DNA from: Podarcis erhardii
Taxonomy: Eukaryota
Strand: one strand, 5' to 3'
DNA length: 64,000 bases
NCBI GenBank assembly: GCA_964252035.1
Contig: OZ176207.1
Shown: piece after piece, positions 38,662 to 50,100 of the stretch
Layout of the letters: every line of letters starts with the position of its first letter
How positions within the stretch are numbered: position 1 is the stretch's first letter
The notes under the pieces: model-generated
What the model was told of the DNA's origin: nothing
The model's input: the letters and a program-made list of their open reading frames with translations, nothing else
Database searches by the model: none
Position numbers and translations under genes: made by a program

Positions 38662-38747
38662 GTTTCCCCTGCAAATGTTAACCAGGCCTGACCCTTTTTA
38701 GCTTAAGATCTGAGAAGATCTCGGCCTGAAGTATAATGGCTGCAGGC
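38662..38747 (-). mobile_element. 5S rRNA-derived sequence (SINE3 head or 5S pseudogene fragment)
   Basis: Reverse complement GCCTGCAGCCAT...GATCTT.TC.GATCTT-AAGCTAAAAAGGGTCAGGCCTGGTTA aligns to vertebrate 5S GTCTACGGCCAT...GATCTCGTCTGATCTCGGAAGCTAAGCAGGGTCGGGCCTGGTTA. Confidence 0.75.
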
Positions 38748-39486
38748 TATAGCATGAAGGCTGTATTCCCAAGCGACGTGGCTTGTCTGTGATAGTTGCT
38801 TTTTACTGCTCTTCACAGGTTGATGATTCTTCCAAAATATAGCCAGCCATTTGTATTGGGCATGTATTTTTTATTTTACAGCTGGGCCAATTACTGCAAT
38901 GTTTGTTCGACTTCCTAAAGCAATATGTTTGGCCACACTCCCACACACCTGTCAACCAGCATTCGGTGCACTTTCAAGAAATGGGGATTAAATGATATTT
39001 GTAGAAAATGAGGCTCATTCTCTTATTTGCAAGTATTCTCAGAGGCTTGCTTTTTGAATTTGCATCATGCACTGGAATTTGTACTCTGAGTTCTTTCACA
39101 TATACTTTCAGTTGGGGAAGGAGCACAGCATTACTATGATATGAATGCCATAAACTAAGAAGCACTGTTTGAACATTAAAATATTCATGATGAACCCACA
39201 GGATAATTTTTTTTTCTTGGGGGGGAAAAACCCAGGTGTTAAAAAAATTTAAAAAGTGAATAGCCAAAGAGAATTAAAACTAATAGCATATATTCAGGAA
39301 GCATCAAAGTAGTGAAGAGCTGGTTCTCATGAATTTTGCCATACAGTGAAAGAAAGGAATGGTTTATTGCAGGGAAGTGTATCAATTTTGTAACCTCAGA
39401 GGTTCATCTCTTGGGTTCTTGTTGAATATAGGAATATATTTTTTTAAAAATGATGCTTAAATGTGTTCTCCATCCTGTGGCTTCAG

Positions 39487-39521
39487 GTGATACAGAATGA
39501 ATTGAGATGCAGAATGAATAG
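39487..39521 (+). other. Candidate 35-nt exon (VIQNELRCRMN)
   Basis: TTCTCCATCCTGTGGCTTCAG| ... TAG|GTAAGC; only one frame open; protein not recognised. Confidence 0.28.
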
Positions 39522-39915
39522 GTAAGCATCAATTATCTGGTACGACTTGGGCTACATTCGCACGGCAGTTTGTTTTATTTTCCTTATGTTTCCCCAGCTG
39601 TTAATTTGTGCATTAACAAATGCATTAACTGCATTTGAGCTTTCACGTGCTGTAAAAGCAACATCCAGAAAACTAGCGGACTGTAGCACAACTTTGGGAT
39701 GCATTTTCATGTTATTTGTTTCAAGAAAAAAATCCATTTGCAAATGACACAGAAATGAGTGCTAAGCTTGAGCTATATATTCTGCTATATTTCTGGAAGT
39801 GGTTTTACATTGTGTGAAATCTCAAATGTAATGCAGAAATTAGCAGTTAGGGAAACCAAAAGGAAAACAGAATAAACTGCTGTGTGGATGCAGGCTTGAT
39901 GTCTTAACCACAGTA

Positions 39916-40158
39916 CAGTGGTACTTCGAGTTACAAACGCCTCAGGTTTCAAATGCTTCAGGTTACAAACTCCGCTAACGTGGAAAAGTTCCCTCGAGTT
40001 GAGAACTTTGCCCCAGGATGAGAACGGAAATCGTGTGCCGGCAGTGCAGCGGCATCAAGAGGCCCCATTAGCGAAAGCACACCCCTCTAGTTAATAACAG
40101 TTTCAGGTTAAGAATAGACCTCTGGAAAGAATTAAGTTCGTAACTAGAGGTACCACTG
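39916..40158 (-). mobile_element. Tc1/mariner (Tigger-like) MITE, same family as 34458-34699 but inverted
   Basis: TIRs CAGTGGTAC / GTACCACTG, TA TSD; internal TTCAGGTTA repeats. Confidence 0.9.
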
Positions 40159-42639
40159 TATATCCCTTACAAGCTTTGAAACCTGTGGTTTGCTGAGTTG
40201 CATATCTTGTGGTTCTTAAACAGAGTTCTGCATTGTTTCATTGCAACCTTGAATGACTCTCTTATGCCTTTACATATGAGCTTTGTTTTCTGGCTGGATA
40301 AGCTTCTTCACAAGTTTTGAAGGCCCTGGCAGATAAATAGATCCGATTTCTATTTCCAAAATTAATTCTACTTCTCATGAGAAAGGTGATGGATAATGAT
40401 GAATAGTCAGGGGAGCTGTGCTGTCCTAGAATGGACTGTCTTGTGGTAGTGAAGCCTCTCGTAACTTCTAATGACTCAATGCTATAGTGGTCTTGCACTA
40501 GCATGGCCCTCTCGATGGCTGCACCAATAGAATAGACTAGACAATAGACTAGACAATAGAATATTGGCTGCACCAATAGAGTGGGTCACATGTCCCTAAC
40601 CCCTCTAGAAGCTTCTGTGCTGGGATTGCTTGCCGATCTGATCAAACAGATGGTCTTTGCCTACAGCTGCATATGACACATGCAGGTGTTGAGGAAATGC
40701 TAAAGCAACTTATGTACAATGCAGCATTTCTGAATTGTTTGGCCTTCTGTGTGCCAAATGTTTCCTGAGCTGTGAAACACGGAAGCAGCTGTTGACAGGA
40801 GAAAACCTGGGAACAGGAACTCTGCTTTAATGTTGAGAAAGGCTATTTTAGACGGCATTCTGAGGAGACTGCAACCCTGACATGTTGAATGTAAATTATA
40901 GGAATATTTTTTATAGTTTGTGCCTGTGTATGAGAAGAACAGCATAAGGTCCAATTAATGGCTCAGTAATTACTGCACTTAAGTAATTACTTCTGTAACA
41001 ACGGGTGCTATTTTTGGATCCTGCCTCCCTGCATCAGGCTTTGTGCAGGAAAAGAACATAATTATTTGTAAGCAGGCTGACAAGGGAAACACATTCTGTA
41101 TGGAAAATTCTGACACATGTCCGGTTCTCCAAGGCAATTCTTTTCTTACACAGCAGCCTGCCTTGAAAGGTCATTTTTGAATGAACACACACACGCATGC
41201 AATAGCCCCTTATCCAGTCTGAGGAGTATATTTTTTGAACTTAAAAACGCAGGCATGTGTCTGTAGTCAGTCTGGCACTCCTACTATGACTCAAAAAATG
41301 AGGAAAGAAAGTGGGAATCACTATTAGTGCATTAAATTTGTGCAGATTTCTGGAGAGGATTATAGGAAAAGGAAAACAGAAATGTTTAAACATGGCACAT
41401 AATCCTAAATAGGTACCGTTGCCATTAAGACAGGGCTCCGTCTCTGAGCAGGGTGAAGAGGTTTGGAGGCAATGCTGCTTTGACAGCTCCAGAGTCAAAA
41501 TCCCCATCTCTCTGACACTTATCACATGCATAATAGCAATATCTTTCTCAGCAGGCAGTCAGATTCGGTGGTTGCAATCAAGCTGTCGGTGGCTAGACAA
41601 CTAATGAAACCATGTGCCGGTGTTATTGAGGAGAAAAAACAGTATTTACTTACTGTGATAGCTGTGCTGCAGTAAATATATTGAAATAGAAATTATAGTG
41701 TTAAATGACCAATTAAAAGGCAAGTGTTTCCATATCGGGAAAGGTGACTGTATTCTAGGTAATCCCTAATGAGCCTGTGCAATCATATTAAGCTTATTAA
41801 ACATTGTAGCCAAAGGCAGCGTATTTACTAAGGGGGGCGTTCATATCTCCTGGAGAAATTTTTTGAAGAGGCTATCATCTTTTAATTGAGAAGTAAATAC
41901 TGAAAGATCCGCCTATTGAAAGCATTCTGTTGTTAGCCTGAATAATGGCAGCCATATATCCTAATCTGTTCTCAAAGTGCTAGTTCTCAATGCACAAGAA
42001 GGAAGTATTTGTACCTCAAGGTCAGCAGAAGTACACAACGTCATGAAGAAAGATACCCCAAAGGGCAACACCCCCTCCCCAATATCCATTCCAATGAGGA
42101 CTGAGCACTGGGCGTGGAATGTGGTTGTGGAGAAAGGGAAAAACCAAAGGAAGGGGAAATGGAGGGTGGGATTCACCCAACGAGCCCCATCAGTGGAAAC
42201 CCTGTGCAGAGACCTCTGTTTGTGTACTGGGGTTTACGCTCTCTCCTCCCTCTGCACATCCCCTGAAAAACTGGGTCTGGAGGAGTTGGGAGAAGCCTCA
42301 GAGCAGCACCCAGGAAGAGGAAAGGGAGAATCATTCTGTCAGGACAAGTCAAAAAGATACTCATCTCACTGGTGGAGGAAGAGGTGTGTGGGGAGAGTGC
42401 ATTGCCTCCGGCAGCGCGATCCCAGTGGGGTGCCCTACGGGTGCCACACCATGCCCCGAGACACGCGCCAGCCTCGCCTGTTCTCCACCCCACCCACCCC
42501 GGTGCCGGAGCATGAAGCTCCTCCACTGACTCATCTTTGAACAATGTTGAATTCTACCTGCAATGTCTGGAATCTGAAAGAGACGCAGCTCACACTTCCG
42601 CACTCTGTTGCAGGTACCACTGGCAGTGCTCATCATTGT

Positions 42640-42941
42640 CAGAGCTTGGAAAGTTCATTTTAAAAGGAACTAGTTCTGTTTCCAAGTTCACCATGCCCCA
42701 GAACTAGCTCCAGCTCCCACCTGTCCCTTTTCAAAATAAACTAGTTTGGCTTGCATTCAGTTCACAATTCAATTAAAGCTCATCCGACTGATCCTCAGCA
42801 AAAAAATAAAATTTAAAAAATCAGCATTCAGAATGTTGCCAAAAGCTGTGCTGAAATATAAAATATACTCAAGAAGTCTTAGATACTTTTGAACTAATTC
42901 AGTGAACTTCCTTAAACCAAACTAGTTCATTCCAAGCACTG
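42640..42941. mobile_element. hAT-like MITE, old
   Basis: TIRs CAGAGCTTGGAA / TTCCAAGCACTG; repeated subterminal AACTAGTT; TSD not preserved. Confidence 0.55.
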
Positions 42942-43438
42942 GTGGTTTCATTGAAAAAGAGGAGGAGGAGGCATAGTTAGGAAGATGAAAATGTGGAAGG
43001 TTCTGTTCCTAAAGATTTAGAAATGTTTATTCTCCAGCAGCTACTGTAGTCGACAGGCTACAGGACTAGATATATCAGGGATTCCAGGGCAGTCTTGGAT
43101 AACTGCTTGACTTTCACTTTCAGTTCCCTATTTGTAAAAATGGCAGTAATAGTGACCTTCTGCACCAGGTTGCAAAATTGTATGTAATAATATAAGAAGG
43201 GTCCAAGTGGATAATGTTTCTCATATATTGTAGCACCCTGCTTGTGGTTAACGCTTAGCTGGAATGAAATATTCAACGCAGCAATAGAGAAATTAAAATA
43301 GTAATTTATTTGTCAGACAAATAAATAAGAGGCACAGTGGTACATGGTTACCAAGCTCTGGCCTGGCCTCCTGCCATTCTGGCCAGCACTTATATTTCCT
43401 TAATCCAGCCCCCTTGCTCCTCCTGTGGCTGCCTCTGT

Positions 43439-43556
43439 CCAATCAGCCTGGTTGAAATTCCTATTGGCTGTTTGCTAGAACCAATCACAAGAGATACACC
43501 CATTTCCTCGCCCTTTTATGGAACACAAAGAGCTATATATTGTTACATCTATAAAT
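43439..43556 (+). promoter_or_regulatory. Promoter-like module: 3 CCAAT boxes, ETS-like site, CArG box, TATA
   Basis: CCAAT 43439, ATTGG 43463, CCAAT 43481, ATTTCCT 43502, CCTTTTATGG 43512-43521, TATAAAT 43550. Motif evidence only. Confidence 0.4.
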
Positions 43557-45279
43557 GACAAATAAGTAGTAATATATCTTACATGTGTCTCAACAAGGAA
43601 TCTTAATTACCAGCTCACCTCTTGCCCTCCTTGCCCTATTGCCTTCTAAAACAGATGGTTAATCTTAAATTTTTATCTTCAACAGATGTCAAGGATCTTG
43701 AGTTCACATCAACATTGAAAGATCTCCTTCATTTGATGGTTTCTAAACAAAAAGGCCTGACAACTATATATCAGGAGTGCTCGATGGCGTCTCCTGTCTG
43801 GCAGGAGGCTGGGCTCATTTGCCCCTCTGGTCTCCTATTGCAATATGACTCTATGAAATAAGAATCTAGCATTTCTTAAATCCTTTGCATAATTACATTT
43901 AAGCCAATATATTTAAGCTAATATATTTCATACATTATCATAGGTAGCCTTTTAAAAGGAATAAGGCCTTTGTAAAGTAAAAAAAGAAACTCAGTAAAAA
44001 ACAGCTTTAAAAGAAGCCTCTTCAGTTTACACCCCTCCTTTCACAGCCAGCTAGATGCTTCTCCATTGCTCTTGGCCTTTCAACCTTAGGAAGAAGATAT
44101 GGCTCATTTTACTGGGAGGCAAATGGTGTTATTTTACCCATTTATCCACCCTTAATTTAGTACTTTGCAACATGCAAGGTCAGGTCTGTAACTCCCTTTT
44201 TTTTTTTTTTACGACTTTGAGAATTGTTTTCTGCTATAAATCAGGGGGCCCCTTTCCTAGGAGGAAAAACATTGCCAAGGCCTTTTAGGCAGCTGGTCTT
44301 TTGCCTGGCATGAAACATTTGAAAATCTTTAAGCTTATTTTAAAATGCAAGCCCTGATTAAACATATAGAAGCTTTGATAAAAATGCAGGCTTATGATTA
44401 GATGCCTCAATATCACTATGGGTTTTTCCTGCTTCTGACTAAATGATTTGGGAATGTGGCAGAGACAGCAAGCATTACACAGAAACAATGGGTACGAAAG
44501 GTATTGTGTTCAAAAATGTTTTAATGTATGATAAATTGCAGTTCAGTCTACCCCACCCCAAGCTACCAAAGTAATATTGTTGTGGCACTTGGCCAAAGCA
44601 ATTTAAGCTCAGCAAGCATGAAGTGGCATTATGAGCAAGGCGTGCAGTTCATGCCTGAACTGTGTGAGAATGCTTTCAAGCATAGGATGAGACATAACTT
44701 ACTTGCTTCTGAATCTGTAATGTACCCTTGGAAATAGAAGAAATGGTTGCTTACTAGACCAAGGTAGAACTCGTGGTGAAAGAAACCTTGTTAACCTATT
44801 CTTCATTAGGGACATGTCTACACAACAAATTTAAACCTGCTTCACTGCTATAGCTTCTTCAGTGAAAATTGTAAATTCCCCGTCTGTGATTAGAATAAAG
44901 CTCTAACACTCAAATGAAGCTAAATTTCCCAGGGTTCCTGAGAACCAGCTTTAACCCAGCCTTACAATTATCTAAATTGTAGCAGATGCTTAAAAGGGCC
45001 GTGGGTGCAAACGCCAGTGTGTCAGGTATTGCTCATGACTAGCAATCTAAATCGAGAAAAATACCTTTTCCCCATATGGGCCTCCCATTCACTGAAATTT
45101 GTGGATCAAGAACTTCAGGTTTCTGTCCAGATCCCTTTCTGCAACCAAGGGCAAGGCCTTTTCTGCCATGCCATGTGGCCTTTGGAATAATATTCCTACT
45201 AATGGAAGGTAGGCACCATCTGTGGCATCTTTTTGACATCTTTTAAAGGGAAGGCTCATTTGTTCACCCAAGCGTTTGC

Positions 45280-45465
45280 CAATTTTTAATACCAGGCTTT
45301 TTACTGAACTGAATTGATTTGTTTTCTGCCGGTATTGTAATTTTGGATTTTAATGTATTGAAATTCTGGATTTTAATGTGTTGTGTTGATATCTCTTGTA
45401 CACTGCCCTGAGGGTATTTTTTTATAATAAAGGACAATATGTAATTTTAAAATTAATTAATTAAG
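45280..45465 (+). mobile_element. Old L2-type 3' tail
   Basis: CCAGGCTTTT...TTTTAATGT...TGTACACTGCCCTGAG...AATTAATTAA. Confidence 0.5.
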
Positions 45466-45847
45466 CAGGAGTACAATGTACACAATACATATATATTGCA
45501 AGTTGTCTTTCGAACAATGTTTTGAGAAGGCGAAAATGGCTTCATCCACTTTTTTTAGTTAGTAAGTACTTTATATTCCTGAAAGCGTAGTTAGGAAGTG
45601 GTTTAAAATTAGGAACTGGCAGGAAGCTTGCAAAGATCGTTAAGCAAAGGCAGAATAACTATAATACTGCAAGCCATTCCACAGCCCCCTAAGTACAATC
45701 TGATAGCCTTTTACAGCCATGTAATCATTTGGATTCTTCTGTCCATATGCCTGCAAACACCTCCGCAGAATTTAACTTCCTATACATTGCATAAATGCCT
45801 GGTGCATCATAGTAGAATGGATGCTTAGCATAGCCGTAAGGCATCAT

Positions 45848-45992
45848 ACAATTGTAGAGTTGGGAGGGACCCTGGGGGTCATCTAGTCCAACCCCCTGCA
45901 ACGCTGAAATCACAGCTCAAGCATCCATGACAGATGGTCATCCAACCACTGCTTAAAAGACCTCCATTGAAGGAGAGTCCACAACCTCCCAA
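45848..45992 (-). mobile_element. CR1 LINE 3' end
   Basis: GTAGAGTTGGGAGGGACC...GTCATCTAGTCCAACCCCCTGC...GGTCATCCAACC.CTGCTTAAAA..CTCCA..GAAGGAGAGTCCAC, a typical CR1 terminus in reverse. Confidence 0.85.
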
Positions 45993-46334
45993 GCAAGTAA
46001 ACCTTTTGGACTACAAAGCCAAGTAGAACTGTGACATGTAGGTGCATGTGGTCACTTTTTAAAATACGAAAACTAAATTTGTCACCCTGGAACAGATAGC
46101 ATTCAGCACGTGCCCCAATGGCAGTTTCCTATTGTACAGAACTGGTGGCATGGGAAATATACTTGAGAAAGCAAGTTGTCGGTACTTGTCATAGGAGCAG
46201 TCCATAATTGTTTTTAGATGTTCCACCTAGACAGAAGGAACATGAATGGAGGGGACATCACAGTAGAAGGCTCTGCCCTCATGCTGCAGCCACCTGTATC
46301 AATGTCTAAAGTAAGCCAACATTCATTTCAGATG

Positions 46335-46529
46335 AAATATATATATAAAATTGTCCAGTAGCACCTTAGAGACCAACTAAGTTTGTTCTTGGTATGAACT
46401 TTCGTGTGTACACGAAAGCTCATACCAAGAACAAACTTAGTTGGTCTCTAAGATGCTACTGGACAATTTTATCATTTTTATACATATTTCTACTGCATCA
46501 GACCAAGACGGCTACCTACCTGAATCTAG
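46335..46529. mobile_element. Penelope-like-element-derived fold-back mini-insertion with 14-bp TSD
   Basis: 63-bp inverted arms at 46345-46407 and 46410-46472 (2 mismatches); TSD ATTCATTTCAGATG at 46321-46334 and 46530-46543. I recognise the arms and the CAGACCAAGACGGCTACC end as a squamate PLE terminus. Confidence 0.75.
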
Positions 46530-47079
46530 ATTCATTTCAGATGTGGAAATAAACACAGGTAGGTTGAAGCAGAGCCTCCCCCTGTAATGTCCTTCCTATG
46601 TGCATTGGTTCTACATGGTACTTCGATACCACAGTTCAAACTCTTCAGGTTATATTTTCCACCTATAACTGGATTTCTGTAAAACGTGTGTGCATGTGTG
46701 CGCGTGCAAGATATTGGAGGCTCTCCCATTTGGTTTGATGTTCAAAGTGCTTGTCGGCATGTCCTGCTTGTATTCTAACCATAGACACCTGGTTGGTTGT
46801 TGGGAAGAAAGGATGCTGGATTAGACGGGCAGTTGGTGTCATTCACTGTCCTTATGAAAATGCTGAACATCCTGATAACACAAGTGGTAGGTTTAATTGC
46901 CATGACTTGTTGCACAGTTAAGATTCCAAAGACATTAACTTTGTAAATTCCCAAAGTAGACATTTAGTTACAAGAGAGTATGTTTTCTTTTCTTTACGGA
47001 TTATTGATTGTAACTCTTTTATCCATACAGGTAGTAGACTTTCTAAAGATAAAAGAATTATTCTGGCCAACCTCCTCAC

Positions 47080-47112
47080 CTAGTATTGACAACCGTGTTA
47101 GGTTATCCGATA
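47080..47112 (-). other. Candidate 33-nt symmetric phase-1 exon (SDNLTRLSIL)
   Basis: Minus strand TTTTCTCCATTTTATTCCATCAG|TATCGGATAACCTAACACGGTTGTCAATACTAG|GTGAGG; one open frame; two CpGs retained. Confidence 0.25.
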
Positions 47113-50100
47113 CTGATGGAATAAAATGGAGAAAATGCACTTTAACTGCTTTTGGTCACAACCTCTTATAATGCTTCTTTTGTAATAGATTTCCATTGTA
47201 TTAACGTTATTAATACCGAGCGCTAAAACTTTAAACAAATGACATTTTTTATATATGCTTGCTTATAATATAATGGCACAAATGATCATTCCTGATTTGT
47301 CGCAGAACCCACTGGCAGAAAAATATGATAAATCAGGACAGATGCACAATGATGTTGACTATGATACAGGGAAATTTTGTTGTGATAGGCACATTTGAAG
47401 GGTGTTTCCACATCAAGTGGCTTGTGAATGAATAATGCTCCAAATCTAATAATTCATTGGAGAGCTTGCCTAGCAGTCTGGCAGATTGAGCATAAGGAAC
47501 TGAGTCGTGTCATTCCTACTAGTGAAGTTCAATGAAACTTACTTTGTGAAAAGTGCATTTGGGATGGCAACCTAATGGTATCCTCTTGAAAGTGGCAAGA
47601 ACTTCCACTAATACAACAAGACTTCACCTTCTGATCCTTCCACTTGCAGCCCCTGGTGTGACTAGAAAAGGATACCTGAAGCACTGTCTTTGGCCTCTGG
47701 AGCTGAGATCCCCCACCCCTAGTTTAGGCCTCAGCCCCCTGATCTAATCCAACATAGCTCTTCTTATGTTCTGTGTCAAGTATGAATTGACTTGGCCTAT
47801 TATGGTTACTAGGAGCCTGGTCTTCCACCTTGGCCTGATAGCAGAGAGGTGTCTTCTGCTCGCCGAAGGTTCTAGCTGTAGCTCCAGCTCTGCCCCTCAA
47901 AGACTATATTTCCCTCCCCACAAAGGTGTACCTGGATTCTGCCTTATGCCAAAGACACACCTCGTTACCATGGCTTTTGTCACCTGAGAAATAAGACCCA
48001 TCCTATTCTTTTGATTATATTTTTAAACTGATCTTAATGTTATATTTTTAAATTGCTTTATCCTACCCTGTGTGAAGGGTAGGAAGGAAATTCAGTGACA
48101 ACGTCCTGTATAGCATGGGTAAATTTTAGCCTTTCTCTTCAACTATCTGTGTAGAACCAAATGGTGCAAATGTCCTGGAAAGCCTGTAAACGCCACCCGG
48201 TAGTGGAGATAATCCCAGAACTAATTGGTGTGACCTGTAAAATGAGATCATATAAGCTTATCTTTTTGCTTTGAAGCCTTAGTTTTGGTTCAGTTAGTTG
48301 GGAGACATCAGGCTTCTCACAAGGGCTGCCTGTCAGCTACTCCCTTATCTGAGAGATGGATGGAGGTGGGCAATGGGCCTTTAAGCCAAGGGTGGTTAAT
48401 TGAGCTATTGTTGCCAGTTTACTTAGCTTCATTTTTTAGTTTTATTTTATAACTACCAGTAACACTTAACATATTAGCTTCTTGCAGACAGTCATGGTGA
48501 ACACTTGCTGTTTTGGTGTTCACCCCAGTCTGTAAAGACAACATGGTCTCTGGCATTGCATTGTAAGTTTTCACCTCTTCACAATAAAACACCAGAATTG
48601 ATCACTTCAGTGTTTTTGACCTCCATCTGTGGAACCCTTGCTTCAAATCAATCACACAGGCCCTCCTTTGGGCCTGTGGATCAGGACACTATCTTGGACA
48701 AAACTCTGGTTTCTGACCTTCTCCGCCTTGACTACTGCAACTGGAGAGAGTCTTGCATCTTCCTCCTCCTCCTCCTCCTCCTCTTCTTCTTGCCTGGCCT
48801 GTTACCAAAACATCACTATACACTTTCCCAAAAATATGTTGGTAAAGAATACTAGAATACAACAGAGAAATAATTAGAACAAAAGCACTGGCAGCAAAGT
48901 TTAGGGCCCAGTGACTTGCTATTTAAAAAATAAATGATAGAACAAAGCAGCATAATTTGCTGCCTCATCTGTTAGTCCAAATCCACTAATATAAATGAGA
49001 TAAAGATAAACCTGATCTTAATGAGCTTTCTTTATAATGGGTGATTGAGAGTATATGAAGTATAAAACACTTCAGCAGCATTACTCAGACCTTGAAAATA
49101 CAAATTATTATTTGGGCACTGTATAACACAGATACCAGGTTGCCTGAAACAATCTATACACTATTCTAATTGAAAACCACCAGATAGGAGGGATGTTCCC
49201 CCAGAGAATGAATTTTGTATTAAAATGAAAAACAAAAACATTTGGAACCTGTGGGCACATTTGCAAACCAGAGGCTCTGTCATGGGCATCACATGTATAC
49301 TCTATACTCAAGTACACACTGCAACCGATTATATTGGTTGCAACAAATTGCTTATTTCAACCCTAATTCAGCAAGAGGAGGAAACCTATGGGCATGATGG
49401 AAGGCCTCTGTAGGCAAATTGGTGACCCCTGATCTAGCTATTATTGTCACCTCTGACTCTGCAAACTAACCAACACATAATCCATCTTAGATAATAATAA
49501 CATCAATTCTTAGTTACTGAAAACACAAAGGGAGTGTCCCAGCCCAGACGTTGCTTTGGGCAATTTGGTGCATGTGTCATCCTAAGAATAATTCTAGAGG
49601 AGGCTAATGAACTAGTTCAATCTACTCTGCATATTGAATCCTACCTTTGGGAGAGTTTCCCAGTTCACCTTCTATGGCTGACTGGGTAGGGCTTACCTGA
49701 AGTTGAGCATTAGCTGGCATGAGGAAATGCATCTTTCTTTTCCTAAACTGGCAGCTTTCCAACACATTGTTCTTCACTCCCTCTGTAATATGGGGTGTCA
49801 ACCATTGTATCACAGCAGTCATGAGAGAAGCTAGTGAGTTGGAAAGAAATTATACAACTCATGGCAAAATGGGTCACAGTTAACAAAGATCCATTCAGGA
49901 AAATCTCTTAAAATTTCAGTCATTTCAGAAAGAAACTAGCTAAGCATTACAGTGTTGTTGTAAGTCTAGAATTAGGGTTCAGTTCTTAAAAATCATGAGG
50001 AATCTAAAATTAAATTACCTAGAGCATAGCATAGAAAGATTCAGTGGCATAGAATAGTAGAGATATCCTAGCAGTCTTCAATGAAATGCAACCCAACTCA

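Noticed and set aside
41977-42636. Cluster of overlapping 90-187 aa ORFs on both strands
   Set aside because: No recognisable domain or splice pattern; long frames on both strands are expected from local GC richness.
46395-46425. Functional hammerhead ribozyme
   Set aside because: GAAA is present, but the CUGANGA half of the core is missing on both strands at the fold-back junction.
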